The notes beneath the pieces are model-generated. The model ran no database searches. It was not told where the DNA came from and saw only the letters and a list, made by a program, of their open reading frames with translations. A stretch of DNA of 64,000 nucleotides, from the NCBI GenBank assembly GCA_012103475.1, contig WLWS01000002.1, forward strand, positions 618,081-682,080, read 5' to 3'. The translations under genes were made by a program, and so were the position numbers. Positions within the stretch are counted from its first letter, which is position 1; every line of letters starts with the position of its first letter. This document shows, one piece after another, positions 35,898 to 45,679 of this stretch. This stretch comes from Gammaproteobacteria bacterium. GTDB lineage: Bacteria > Pseudomonadota > Gammaproteobacteria > Eutrophobiales > Eutrophobiaceae.

Positions 35898-37190
35898 ATG
35901 AAACCAGGATTATCTAGCATTGAACAATTTCAGAGCGTACTTTTTGTCGTCAGCCTTTTCATCCTTAGCGCTTGTTCGACAAGTATGAAGGACGAAAATG
36001 CAGGACAAAAGACGAATGCTCTTCCAGAAATCACTTTCTGCCAATCGCCTAATCCACAAGCCCCCTCAGACGCATTCAATTTCCGTCGCTCAGAAAATCA
36101 GGGGGCAAGCGGGTATTGGGTCAATTATTCCTGTAAAAAGACCTGTAGTGACTGGCGGAGTTGTTTCGTACCAGCCTATTCAGCTGACAACGGCAAACTA
36201 CTGGTGAATGGACGTGCGCCTTCAGTCGCCAAGCAATCTCTGGCTTTCGTGGTGGATGGCATGGCCGGACACATTGCCCTGAGCCGTGATGGCGAAAAAA
36301 ATGTCTTTATTCACACCGGCGCCGGTGGCACACGTTATTACGCCAAGCCTGCAGAGACACTTGAGAAAAACTCCTCGGCGAAAACGGTGATGATGCGCTG
36401 GGAGAAGGGTTATGTTTCAGAGATTGTGCAATCCCCCTTTAGTAATAAGATTGGCTGGGGCTGGTATTCACGTACCTCTGCCGATGAAACCAACATCAAA
36501 GATTTAAACAAACGGGTGGCAAGCGTGATTGCCTGGAGCCACGATAATCTGTCTTCCGGCACAATGTTCGGTACGTTAGGCTGCAGTATGGGCACCAATG
36601 CCACCTTTGGCCCTGTACTCTGGCACGGCCTGGATTCGATTGTAGACTACCAACTCTTCGTAGGCGGCCCAAATATGTGGGATCTGAACGCCCAATGTAA
36701 ACGACGCTCTTATGGAGAGGGTTATTGTGATTATGATGGTAGTACGGCCTGCCAGACTGATACAGACTGTAAAAATCTTGATTCCAAAGCCAGATGCTCT
36801 ATTCCATCGAATTACACCACAATTGACCGGCTCTTTAATCAGCTTCCCAATCATATCCATACGACAGATGCCTGTGATATCGCAGCTGCGAATGAGTCAA
36901 CTCGGCCGTATCCAGGCTTCGACAGAAGCAGTATGGCTTTCGCAGAGGGTGCAGACTGGGAAATTGACCATAAGATGGATTTTCTGGTGAATCTGGGTGT
37001 AGAGCAGGGTGCCACACGCCAATTAGGTTTAGGAGGTGATGAATACTGGGCTCTGGGCCACTTCCCGCCTATTTACAACAAGATTAAGCCAGACAGTAAT
37101 AAAAGCTGGCGGGCCATCCCGGAAAGTCATCATTGTGATGCAATGTTTGACGAAGCACTTGACCTTATCAAGCAACAAATGGCGCTGTAA
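35898..37190 (+). CDS. Cys-rich lipoprotein, possible alpha/beta-hydrolase (function unknown)
   Basis: 430 aa. Lipobox LSAC, candidate nucleophile elbow GCSMG, and a Cys-rich insert CKRRSYGEGYCDYDGSTACQTDTDCKNLDSKARC. I recognise no named family. Confidence 0.5.
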   Translation: MKPGLSSIEQFQSVLFVVSLFILSACSTSMKDENAGQKTNALPEITFCQSPNPQAPSDAFNFRRSENQGASGYWVNYSCKKTCSDWRSCFVPAYSADNGKLLVNGRAPSVAKQSLAFVVDGMAGHIALSRDGEKNVFIHTGAGGTRYYAKPAETLEKNSSAKTVMMRWEKGYVSEIVQSPFSNKIGWGWYSRTSADETNIKDLNKRVASVIAWSHDNLSSGTMFGTLGCSMGTNATFGPVLWHGLDSIVDYQLFVGGPNMWDLNAQCKRRSYGEGYCDYDGSTACQTDTDCKNLDSKARCSIPSNYTTIDRLFNQLPNHIHTTDACDIAAANESTRPYPGFDRSSMAFAEGADWEIDHKMDFLVNLGVEQGATRQLGLGGDEYWALGHFPPIYNKIKPDSNKSWRAIPESHHCDAMFDEALDLIKQQMAL

Positions 37191-37199
37191 GCGTGTAAA

Positions 37200-37970
37200 T
37201 CAGTGTGGAGTGGATATTACCAACCAGTCCCAGGGATAGGGCGCTGACATTGTCGCGGGTGGATTTGCAAATTCCGTCTTCCATGAATACTCAACCTTCT
37301 TAATATCGCAAACGCGATGTCCATGTGAGCTGATAAGCAGTTCAAGCTCTTCTTTTATATAGTGTTTTGTTGGAGTACCACCCTTATTTACCATGCCATC
37401 CCGTATATAGCGGGCGCTGAAACCTAGCTCGTTATTTGCCGCTGCTGCGGCTTGTTTATAGTTGGCGTGTTCTTCCAGGTTCCACAAAATAAGACGGTGT
37501 AGAGTAAGAAGCACAGATTCCAAAGATGGCACCAGCAGTAAAAGGCGCCCTTTAGGCTTGATTAAGCTTGTGATGTTCTGCAATAAACGCTGTCTGGTTT
37601 CAAATGACTGCATCATCACAACATTGAGACACAGTCCCAGATCGGCTTTTTCTACATCAGTAACACACTGAGATAAATCTAACTGTCGGCATTCTACGCT
37701 TTGCCGAGATTTAAACTGCTCACTGGCTAGCTGCAGACAGTCTGGCGAAATATCAATTCCTAGTACCGTTTTAAATTGTAGGGAAAGTGACCCTAGGTTG
37801 CGTCCGTTGCCACACCCTATATCAATTGCGGTGTGTTGTGGATGACTGAATTTTTCAATGGATGAGCGGATAACCTTATTCAAATCGTTTTTGACCGGAT
37901 CAAAGACTTCATCGTCAAAAGTTTCAGACAAACCATCCCAATACGCTTGTTTCATAACTAACCATAACAA
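37200..37970 (-). CDS. Class I SAM-dependent methyltransferase
   Basis: 256 aa. Motif I AIDIGCGNGRN, plus an LLLLVPS post-I region. Confidence 0.75.
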   Translation of the reverse strand: MLWLVMKQAYWDGLSETFDDEVFDPVKNDLNKVIRSSIEKFSHPQHTAIDIGCGNGRNLGSLSLQFKTVLGIDISPDCLQLASEQFKSRQSVECRQLDLSQCVTDVEKADLGLCLNVVMMQSFETRQRLLQNITSLIKPKGRLLLLVPSLESVLLTLHRLILWNLEEHANYKQAAAAANNELGFSARYIRDGMVNKGGTPTKHYIKEELELLISSHGHRVCDIKKVEYSWKTEFANPPATMSAPYPWDWLVISTPH

Positions 37971-38045
37971 GACGGGGAGTAATGCCCAAATCTGTCCTGA
38001 AAACGGCTATGTGTTGACCTGGGCATCTAATCCAATATTTAACAT

Positions 38046-38073
38046 AATATACATTATGCGCATAATGTATATT
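38046..38073. repeat. 28-bp perfect palindrome AATATACATTATGCGCATAATGTATATT
   Basis: Read directly. It abuts the stop codon of the MBL hydrolase gene (38074) and lies 76-103 bp upstream of the methyltransferase start (37970). Confidence 0.8.
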
Positions 38074-39063
38074 TCAGTCCCATGTATCTAAGCCACTCCC
38101 GCCTTTGGTAATATCACCCTGTTTGCCTTCAAGTACTTGTTTTGAAGTCGTAAATTCAATCTCATCGACTCGCAGAAATGAACGAGTCGTTGTAAGCTCG
38201 CCGATAAAATCGCCAGAACGCAGTTTGCGGAATGCGGCTTTGACTTTAGCTAGTCGACCAGTATCCACTCTGGCGGAAACATGAGCGCCAAGTAGATACT
38301 TGACCTTATTTTCGATATCGACCAGTCGGGAAATCGCACGATCATAATCGTCGAGGTTCGTCTCTGGAACGAATAACCAGATTTCCGCATCGTAAAATGT
38401 ATCTCCGGTGAAAAGCAGACCCTTATCAGCATCTAGCAAAGCTGTGGCATCTGGTGTGTGCCCCGGGACATGCAAAACCTCAAGTCGGCGACCGCCCAGA
38501 TCCAGTATCTCTCCGTCCTTCACATAACGTGAAGCCTTCCAGGGCTTTGTGTGGAAGCTGCTCAAGTCAACACCAGTAGGTGGATCAATGCAGAATGCCT
38601 CTTCTCCAAAATCTTCTGAGATTGTGGCGTGGTCAAAACCAGCCATATTTGCCCGCGTGTAGTCCGAGTCAATCGCCAGAATGGATGAAAATTCTGCATT
38701 TCCCCCAACATGGTCATAATGCGTGTGCGAATTCAAGACCGTTACAGGTAAATCGGTAATTCGTTCTACCACCGGTCGTATGGGCAATAAGCCAATACCT
38801 GTATCAAACAAGAGAGCACGATCTCTCCCTACGATAAGGTGAGAAATTGTCCCCTGGATATGAAAAGGCTCTACGATGGAAAAGACACCTTCTGAGGCTT
38901 CATAAACCTGAAACCAGTCATCAGAGGCCTCTGATAACGGCAACTTGGCATTTTCCTGGTTAGGCAATGCTTTGCAGACCGCGGCGAAGTCATAAGGTGA
39001 TACCTGTTGGGTCTGACACCCTGTAAGAAATAGTATTGTAAGGATTCCAATTATCGTCTTCAT
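38074..39063 (-). CDS. Metallo-beta-lactamase-fold hydrolase, lipoprotein
   Basis: 329 aa. Lipobox LTGC and HTHYDHVGG (HxHxDH). Confidence 0.8.
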   Translation of the reverse strand: MKTIIGILTILFLTGCQTQQVSPYDFAAVCKALPNQENAKLPLSEASDDWFQVYEASEGVFSIVEPFHIQGTISHLIVGRDRALLFDTGIGLLPIRPVVERITDLPVTVLNSHTHYDHVGGNAEFSSILAIDSDYTRANMAGFDHATISEDFGEEAFCIDPPTGVDLSSFHTKPWKASRYVKDGEILDLGGRRLEVLHVPGHTPDATALLDADKGLLFTGDTFYDAEIWLFVPETNLDDYDRAISRLVDIENKVKYLLGAHVSARVDTGRLAKVKAAFRKLRSGDFIGELTTTRSFLRVDEIEFTTSKQVLEGKQGDITKGGSGLDTWD

Positions 39064-39106
39064 AGTCCAAGCTCCTTCGATTTGATGCTTGGGGCCCCCA
39101 CAAAAC

Positions 39107-39862
39107 CTATTGTTCAGCTATTAAAAACTCATTGGGCCAGAGTGCTTCCTGATCATTTATAGAGTCTGTGATGGGAAACCAGATATTAAAAATGTAACTG
39201 CTACGATCGAATGTTTTTTCAGCTCCTGAGAGTAGTTCCGAATTATCGCTTATATGGGGAATTGAATTAAGTTGTGAAAATACAGTCTTGCTATCCGGGT
39301 TCGATTGACACATTTCTGGTCGAAAAGTCGTAATGAGGGAAAGTTTGCGCATTTCATCATCGTGCAATAACCAGATGGCTGAATAACCTGCACCACTTGC
39401 TTGTTCAAGGAGCCTGTCCCACTCAGTAACAAGTTGCTCACGCGTACAGGCGGCGGGTGCCTGCCAATCTTCCACACGCATGATGGTTTGTTGTGTATAT
39501 AAATCTTTAAGATTATGCGCACCAACGACATGCCAGGCCGAACTGGACATTTCCAGTAATATCTCACGCTCTGTATAAGCTACTCCGTCTGTGACAAGCT
39601 CCTGCATTAACCATTTATCGAAAGCCAAAGCATTTTCATAGGTGTCGAATAAATAGGCGCCACCAGTCTTGACTGCGGACGTATCGGAGTCCATATACAG
39701 AGGCAGAAGCTTGAGAAACAAACCAGGGTGTCTAGCCATGATTTTCCGGTCGCTATCGATTAAATCGATCACTTGGTCGGGCGGAGACGGTTCTAATAGC
39801 ATTACCGACGTCCTGCAGGCTGCTACATCTATGGGACCAATATCGTATTTTGCGTTGACCAA
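39107..39862 (-). CDS. Hypothetical cytoplasmic protein
   Basis: 251-aa ORF filling the gap, with no recognisable motif. Confidence 0.45.
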   Translation of the reverse strand: MVNAKYDIGPIDVAACRTSVMLLEPSPPDQVIDLIDSDRKIMARHPGLFLKLLPLYMDSDTSAVKTGGAYLFDTYENALAFDKWLMQELVTDGVAYTEREILLEMSSSAWHVVGAHNLKDLYTQQTIMRVEDWQAPAACTREQLVTEWDRLLEQASGAGYSAIWLLHDDEMRKLSLITTFRPEMCQSNPDSKTVFSQLNSIPHISDNSELLSGAEKTFDRSSYIFNIWFPITDSINDQEALWPNEFLIAEQ

Positions 39863-39973
39863 GTTAATTATTCCCGGATTCTCTCAAGACCCAATCAATA
39901 TTGTCGCCTGTTCCCTGTTTCATGTACATTATTCATAGTTTAACGGGGATTTTGCTCGCTTTCTCTAACTCCT

Positions 39974-41308
39974 ATGAATGATCAAAGGTTGCTTATGAAC
40001 ATTAGAATATTAAATGCTGTGGCTTTATTGTTGCTTTCTCATCAAGTGTCGGCCGATACTGAATTGAAGATGGCGGTTGAGCGGGATTATCAATATCTTG
40101 AGTCTCTTTATCACTATTTGCATCGAAATCCTGAATTATCCTTTCATGAGAAAAAAACGGCGGCTCGAATCAGCAAAGAATTGAAGCAGGTCGGGTTTGA
40201 TGTGACAGAAAAAGTGGGTGGGCATGGAGTGGTGGGCGTAATAAAGAATGGAGCGGGTCCAACAGTGATGCTTCGAACTGACCTCGACGCCCTCCCCGTT
40301 GAGGAAAAAACCGGTCTGGACTACGCCAGTAAGACTCAGGTCACTGATGATCTTGGCAATACCGTAAATACGATGCATGCTTGTGGACACGATATTCATA
40401 TGGCGGTGTTTGCGGGTACAGCTCGGCGACTGGCCAGTATGAAAGATAAATGGAAAGGCACTCTGGTGATGATTGGTGAGCCTGCTGAGGAACGTGGTGC
40501 CGGTGCCCGGGCGATGCTTGCTGATGGCCTTTATACCCGTTTTCCGAGGCCAGATTACGCAATGGGACTGCACGCCAACGCGGTTTTACCAGCCGGACAG
40601 ATTGGTTATGTTGAGGGCTACGCTCTAGCGAACGTCGATATGGTCGATATTCATCTGCCGGGAATAGGCGGTCATGGTGCTTACCCGCATACAACTAAAG
40701 ATCCAATTGTACTTGCAGCCCAGATTATCAACGCCCTGCAAACTCTGGTGTCACGCGAGCTCTCCCCGCTTGATCCGGCGGTTGTGACTGTGGGCTCAAT
40801 TCACGGTGGCACAAAACATAATATCATTCCAGATCAAGTGCATATGCAACTTACGGTTCGTTCTTATACGGATGAGAACCGGGAAGCCTTGCTGACAGGA
40901 ATCAAGCGAATTGCCAAGGCTCAGGCCCAGGTTATGGGCTTTCCGGCAGAGAAAATGCCTGTCATCAAGGTGCGTGATGAGTTTACACCGGCGCTTTATA
41001 ACAATCCGGAGTTGACCGCACGTGTAGCGGGTGTCTTCAAAGAGAGATTTGGTGCCGAGCGCATAGTCAAAGTCCAGCCTGTGATGGGCGGTGAGGATTT
41101 TTCAGAATATGGCCGGGTCGAGCCAAAAGTACCCAGTTTTTTCTTCTGGCTGGGTGCTGTCAATCCGCAAGCTATTGAAATAGCAGAGAAAAAAGGTGAA
41201 AGCCTGCCATCATTACATTCCGCCTATTTTGCTCCCCTGGCCAAGCCTACTATTCAGATGGGTGTTGAAGCTATGACTGCGGCTGCTCTGGATTTATTTA
41301 ACAAGTAA
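39974..41308 (+). CDS. M20-family amidohydrolase (aminoacylase/hippurate hydrolase-like), secreted
   Basis: 444 aa. Signal peptide, MHACGHD, GEPAEE and GGEDF motifs. Confidence 0.85.
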   Translation: MNDQRLLMNIRILNAVALLLLSHQVSADTELKMAVERDYQYLESLYHYLHRNPELSFHEKKTAARISKELKQVGFDVTEKVGGHGVVGVIKNGAGPTVMLRTDLDALPVEEKTGLDYASKTQVTDDLGNTVNTMHACGHDIHMAVFAGTARRLASMKDKWKGTLVMIGEPAEERGAGARAMLADGLYTRFPRPDYAMGLHANAVLPAGQIGYVEGYALANVDMVDIHLPGIGGHGAYPHTTKDPIVLAAQIINALQTLVSRELSPLDPAVVTVGSIHGGTKHNIIPDQVHMQLTVRSYTDENREALLTGIKRIAKAQAQVMGFPAEKMPVIKVRDEFTPALYNNPELTARVAGVFKERFGAERIVKVQPVMGGEDFSEYGRVEPKVPSFFFWLGAVNPQAIEIAEKKGESLPSLHSAYFAPLAKPTIQMGVEAMTAAALDLFNK

Positions 41309-42253
41309 TTAACTGGAAAAACGTTTTTTAAGATAGGTCGCTGAGTCATCGAGTGCGGTCAGAGCGGTATTAATGAAGCCAGGCATGGCGATAAAACCGT
41401 GTATCATCCCTTCATAGCACAAATATTCTACTTCACCGCCCTCCTCTTCGAGTTTGTCGGCGTAAGCCTTACCCTCATCTATCAGAGGGTCAAACCCTGC
41501 TGTCAATATCAGTGCCGGAGGCAAATTTGCGTGGCTCTCTGCCATCAAGGGTGAAGCACGCATATCGTTCATGTCCTCACCATTCCGCAGATAGCCACAC
41601 ACGAACCAGTTAATGAGCGTACGCGTGAGTCGATAATCGTCACCGTTGCTGACGTGCGACGGAAATCTCATTAGCATATCTGTTGCCGGATAAATCAAGA
41701 GCTGACTATGAATTTTCACCTTGCCTTCATCGCGCGCCAAAAGGCAGACCACGGCAGATAGATTACCACCGGCACTGTCTCCACCGACCGCAATGCGCGC
41801 GGGATCCAGTCCCAATTCAATCGCGTGCTCAAAAATCCAGCAGGTGGCCTGATAAGCATCGTCTACAGCAGCAGGAAATTTGTGCTCTGGTGCAAGACGG
41901 TAATCGACCGAAATGACGATGGCTTCTGATTTCTTTGCTAACCAGCGACAGACATGATCATGACTGTCAATATTGCCAATGCACCAGCCACCCCCGTGAA
42001 AGTAAATTAAGGCTGGTTGTGGATCTTTTCGCAACTCAGGGCTCCTGTAGATTCTTGCCGGTAAAGGAAAAGAAGTCTCTAGAATGATGTTTTCAATATC
42101 TACGTCCTGAGGAGGTTCTCCCGCTCCCGTCTCGCTGCTAGAATTGTAAAAATTACGCGCCTGTACATAGCCCATGTCGTGCATAGGGGGAATTCCGCTC
42201 TCCTCAATTTTCTGGAGCAATTCCGCTACCTGAAGATCCAGTTTTATCGCCAT
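41309..42253 (-). CDS. Alpha/beta hydrolase, hormone-sensitive-lipase-type esterase
   Basis: 314 aa. HGGGW oxyanion motif and GDSAGGNL nucleophile elbow. Confidence 0.85.
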   Translation of the reverse strand: MAIKLDLQVAELLQKIEESGIPPMHDMGYVQARNFYNSSSETGAGEPPQDVDIENIILETSFPLPARIYRSPELRKDPQPALIYFHGGGWCIGNIDSHDHVCRWLAKKSEAIVISVDYRLAPEHKFPAAVDDAYQATCWIFEHAIELGLDPARIAVGGDSAGGNLSAVVCLLARDEGKVKIHSQLLIYPATDMLMRFPSHVSNGDDYRLTRTLINWFVCGYLRNGEDMNDMRASPLMAESHANLPPALILTAGFDPLIDEGKAYADKLEEEGGEVEYLCYEGMIHGFIAMPGFINTALTALDDSATYLKKRFSS

Positions 42254-42410
42254 ATCACTTAATTCTTATCTTTACACATCAGAGTTTGCCCATTTTTTTA
42301 CGGGCTTTGTATAATCATGGATGAAATTTTAAGTGTCAATCAGGGTCAGATTAGCATGCCTTAAGCTTTCCCTGCTCTAAGGAGAACACCAGTTAAGTCG
42401 GATTCAACAA

Positions 42411-42788
42411 ATGTTTAAAAAAACTGTCATATTTGTAGTGGTCATTTTCTGCGCTCAATTCAGTCAGGCAGAACGCTGCGCGACACCTCAGGAAGTTAAA
42501 GAAAGGCTGATATCACCTGATTATGACTGGTCGGTGAGTGAAGGCGTGACTCTTGAAGAAATTTTGTCAGTCGAAAAGCTTTATGCTGCATCTATAGAAA
42601 ACTATGGCGAATTTATCGCCTGCAGTTATGAGGCAAAGCAGAAATACATCAGAATGGACGGCGTTCCTAAAGAGAGCTCCTGTGCGATACAGACAGCGTC
42701 GGATAACTGGTTCTCGAGCGAGGCGGGAAAATCTGTGTGCGAGGAAGATGATGTCACTCTATGTCGCTTCAATCACGGCTGCTTGTGA
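42411..42788 (+). CDS. Small secreted Cys-containing protein, function unknown
   Basis: 125 aa with a signal peptide ending FSQAERC and several Cys residues. Confidence 0.5.
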   Translation: MFKKTVIFVVVIFCAQFSQAERCATPQEVKERLISPDYDWSVSEGVTLEEILSVEKLYAASIENYGEFIACSYEAKQKYIRMDGVPKESSCAIQTASDNWFSSEAGKSVCEEDDVTLCRFNHGCL

Positions 42789-42796
42789 AAAAGTTT

Positions 42797-43348
42797 TTAC
42801 TCAGCCGCTATGTTTGCTACATGCAGATAACCATGCTGAGCCAGACGGCGGCCTGAAGCCTGATGAAATTGCGCTGTGTTTTCCACACCATAGCCTTGAA
42901 GTAGGCGGTTAAAGAGATTAAACATGCCGCAGATCATCACCGCGAAATGAAACGACTTTTCTTCCCAACCAGCCTCAAACACTTCATCAGCATCCCGTTT
43001 TGTCATCTGCTCTGGTGTTTCCGTCAATTTTTTTACATAGCGTAAAACAGGCTTTAGTTTGCCCTCGACAGGTGCACTATCGATATCTTTAAGCAGACTC
43101 TCAAATACAGAAGCGTCGATGCCCAGCGTTTCGGCCGTGGCCTGATGGGTGCGTGCAGCGTAAGTGCAGGCATTCAGATCGGACACAAAGGTCGCGATCA
43201 ATTCCCGTTCGGCCAGCGAAAACTCGACATCCTCACTTCGCATTATAAACTCAGTCATCATGCTAACGGCGCCGGCTACGTCAGGATAGGGTTTGAGAAT
43301 GGCAGACATTGACTCCTGTTCTTTGGATATGCTTGCTACAAAGCTCAT
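42797..43348 (-). CDS. Carboxymuconolactone decarboxylase/AhpD-like family protein
   Basis: 183 aa. LAERELIATFVSDLNACTYAARTH resembles the AhpD-family core. Confidence 0.65.
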   Translation of the reverse strand: MSFVASISKEQESMSAILKPYPDVAGAVSMMTEFIMRSEDVEFSLAERELIATFVSDLNACTYAARTHQATAETLGIDASVFESLLKDIDSAPVEGKLKPVLRYVKKLTETPEQMTKRDADEVFEAGWEEKSFHFAVMICGMFNLFNRLLQGYGVENTAQFHQASGRRLAQHGYLHVANIAAE

Positions 43349-43448
43349 TTCGTCTGTTCTCCGTTTATTGCGTGGTAAGCTAGGAAGATTATATTGTTGT
43401 TTGAATCACTACACCAGTTAAATAGCAGACCGTGACTCCCATATCATT

Positions 43449-44168
43449 ATGCTAAAAATCGTACTTCTATTAATAGTGGTGTTGTCAGCTTGTGAAAAGG
43501 CCGATTTTGAAACCGCACACAAGGAATTCAAGGCTGGTAACTACGACGACGCACTGTCCCAGCTGAAAATACTAGCTGAAAAAGGTGATGCCAAAGCGCA
43601 AAACAATCTTGGTTATATGTATCTCAAGGGTATTGGAGTTGAGATTAATCACAGGAAAGCCTTCAACTGGTATCGCAAGGCTGCTATGCAGGATGTCGCT
43701 GAGGCTCAACATAGTCTCGGTTATATTTACGCCGAGGGGCTTGGTACGGCAGCTGTTCCGGCACTCGCGCTAAAATGGTATCGATTTGCTGCAGAACAAG
43801 GTCTGGCGGAGGCACAATTTAACCTCGCCTATATGTACGAAAACAATATTGGTATCCGCAGGAATAATCGTGAAGTCCTGTTTTGGTATGAACAAGCTGC
43901 TCATCAGGGCAGTCTGGCAGCCCAGCACAAACTTGGGAGCATGTATCTGGAAGGAAACGGTGTGGAACAGAACCTTTTAAAGGCTTATGCCTGGTTCGGA
44001 GTTGCGGTTGCGGGAGGACATGAGCAGGCACTTAGTGCCAGAGAAGCGATTGCCGTCCAGTTCGACTTTGACCAACTCGAACAGGCCAGAACCATGGCGC
44101 GCGAGATCTGGATTAAATCCGGGCTCAAGGATATTAGAGAAAACGAGCTTGAAAGAGAGACTCTATGA
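43449..44168 (+). CDS. Sel1-repeat (SLR/TPR-like) lipoprotein
   Basis: 239 aa. Lipobox LSAC and at least four repeats of the A.AQ..LG.MY..G.GV......A..WY..AA pattern. Confidence 0.85.
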   Translation: MLKIVLLLIVVLSACEKADFETAHKEFKAGNYDDALSQLKILAEKGDAKAQNNLGYMYLKGIGVEINHRKAFNWYRKAAMQDVAEAQHSLGYIYAEGLGTAAVPALALKWYRFAAEQGLAEAQFNLAYMYENNIGIRRNNREVLFWYEQAAHQGSLAAQHKLGSMYLEGNGVEQNLLKAYAWFGVAVAGGHEQALSAREAIAVQFDFDQLEQARTMAREIWIKSGLKDIRENELERETL

Positions 44169-44863
44169 CGAAAATCAAATTGTATGAGCTGGTTGGATTA
44201 GATGAACGCTACATGAGTCCTTTTTGCTGGAGAGCAAAAATGGCGCTTGCGCACAAAAAGCTCGATTTCGAAATTGTACCAATCAAATTCACTGAGAAAC
44301 ATAAGCTGAAGTTCTCCGATCAGGAGCAGGTTCCTGTCATTGTCGATGGCGAACAAGTAGTGGCAGATTCCTGGTCCATCGCCTGCTATCTCGAAGATAC
44401 ATACTCGGATGCCGCGTCCCTGTTCACTTCTGAGGATCAGCGTCGTTTACTTCGTGTATTTAATCACTGGTTTGACGAAATAATTACGCTGAAACTGTTT
44501 CCGCTGGTATTGCCAGACAATTTTGATGTCGTGTATCCGGAAGATATGGATTACTACATTGAATCTCGAAGACAATGGACCGGAAAAACCCGTGAAGAGT
44601 TGACGCAGGATCGCAGTGAAGATGATTTTATTGCCTGGAGAGCCAGTCTGGCACCACTTCGGGAACAGCTAAACGGCTTTGATTACTTTGGCGGCATTTC
44701 GCCGAACTTTCAGGATTATATCGTTTTTTCGACTTTCATGTGGGCCAGAGCGGTTAGTCCCTGGCCGATTATAAAGCCCGGTGACATTATTCATGACTGG
44801 CGTGAAAGAATGCTTGGTTTATACGATGGCCTGGCGGGCAAGACGACCGGCTATCACTATTAA
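44165..44863 (+). CDS. Glutathione S-transferase-like protein (thioredoxin-fold N-domain with SPFC motif)
   Basis: 232 aa. N-terminal SPFCWRAKMAL...VPVIVDG...DSW pattern. ATGA coupling to the Sel1 gene. Confidence 0.7.
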   Translation: MTKIKLYELVGLDERYMSPFCWRAKMALAHKKLDFEIVPIKFTEKHKLKFSDQEQVPVIVDGEQVVADSWSIACYLEDTYSDAASLFTSEDQRRLLRVFNHWFDEIITLKLFPLVLPDNFDVVYPEDMDYYIESRRQWTGKTREELTQDRSEDDFIAWRASLAPLREQLNGFDYFGGISPNFQDYIVFSTFMWARAVSPWPIIKPGDIIHDWRERMLGLYDGLAGKTTGYHY

Positions 44864-44873
44864 AATTGTAGAT

Positions 44874-45467
44874 TCAGGGTTGCTTCTGTTTTTCGTAGTA
44901 GCGATTAATATGGACAGAGCCGGAAAATAGAAGCGGCGTCAGTTTCAGTTCAACATGTAAGAGCAGTTGCCCTTCGCTCGATTTTTTCAGGGTATAGACT
45001 TCGTTGGTTCTGCCGCCATCTCTGGGGCGTGCTTCCACGAAGAGCTTATTGGGGCCTGACCAGCTGGCGAAAGCGAAATCTTCTCTTTCTCCCCTCGGTT
45101 TTCCTCGCGCACTGACCGAACGCCGCCTTCCATCGGAGTGAAATACCCGCTGAAAACCTTCTTCATAAATTAATTTGAATTCGGGTGTATCATACTGAAA
45201 AGTAAGAGTTTCATCATAGGAGATGTGATCATACATGGCTTGTTCCGGCGGCCCGCCTTTGTATCGACCTTTACCCTTTTTCTTGGTTCGGCCAACCTTG
45301 CCACCGGAATCTTTAATCGCTTTCTCCACCTGTTTATCTGTGTCGTCACTAAGCTCTTCGTTGATTACCCAAACACCATTGAAGGCGGGGTTGCCCTGCT
45401 CTGCATATAAATTCGTGCTTATAAATGTCGTTAACAGGGCAATAAGTGCAGTCAGTTTGATAGTCAT
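44874..45467 (-). CDS. Secreted hypothetical protein
   Basis: 197 aa with a signal peptide and a Lys/Gly-rich patch GRTKKKGKGRYKGG. Confidence 0.5.
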   Translation of the reverse strand: MTIKLTALIALLTTFISTNLYAEQGNPAFNGVWVINEELSDDTDKQVEKAIKDSGGKVGRTKKKGKGRYKGGPPEQAMYDHISYDETLTFQYDTPEFKLIYEEGFQRVFHSDGRRRSVSARGKPRGEREDFAFASWSGPNKLFVEARPRDGGRTNEVYTLKKSSEGQLLLHVELKLTPLLFSGSVHINRYYEKQKQP

Positions 45468-45679
45468 TTTTATAAGTAAATCATTGTTTTATTTTGCCTA
45501 CGTTCATAGACAGCAATTATCCCGAGCAATTCAGAAAGTAGCTCATACAGTCAATTCAAGGCATATATATTTATTACATAATCGTCTAAAAAACATACGA
45601 TTAATTCTTTTATTGCAGGAAGAAAACACTACAATGCATTATACAACTTATAACAGAACGGCTGATTTTCGACAAAACC

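Noticed and set aside
40136-40694. Two minus-strand ORFs (145 and 117 aa) within the M20 amidohydrolase gene
   Set aside because: They are shadow ORFs antisense to a gene with clear M20 motifs.
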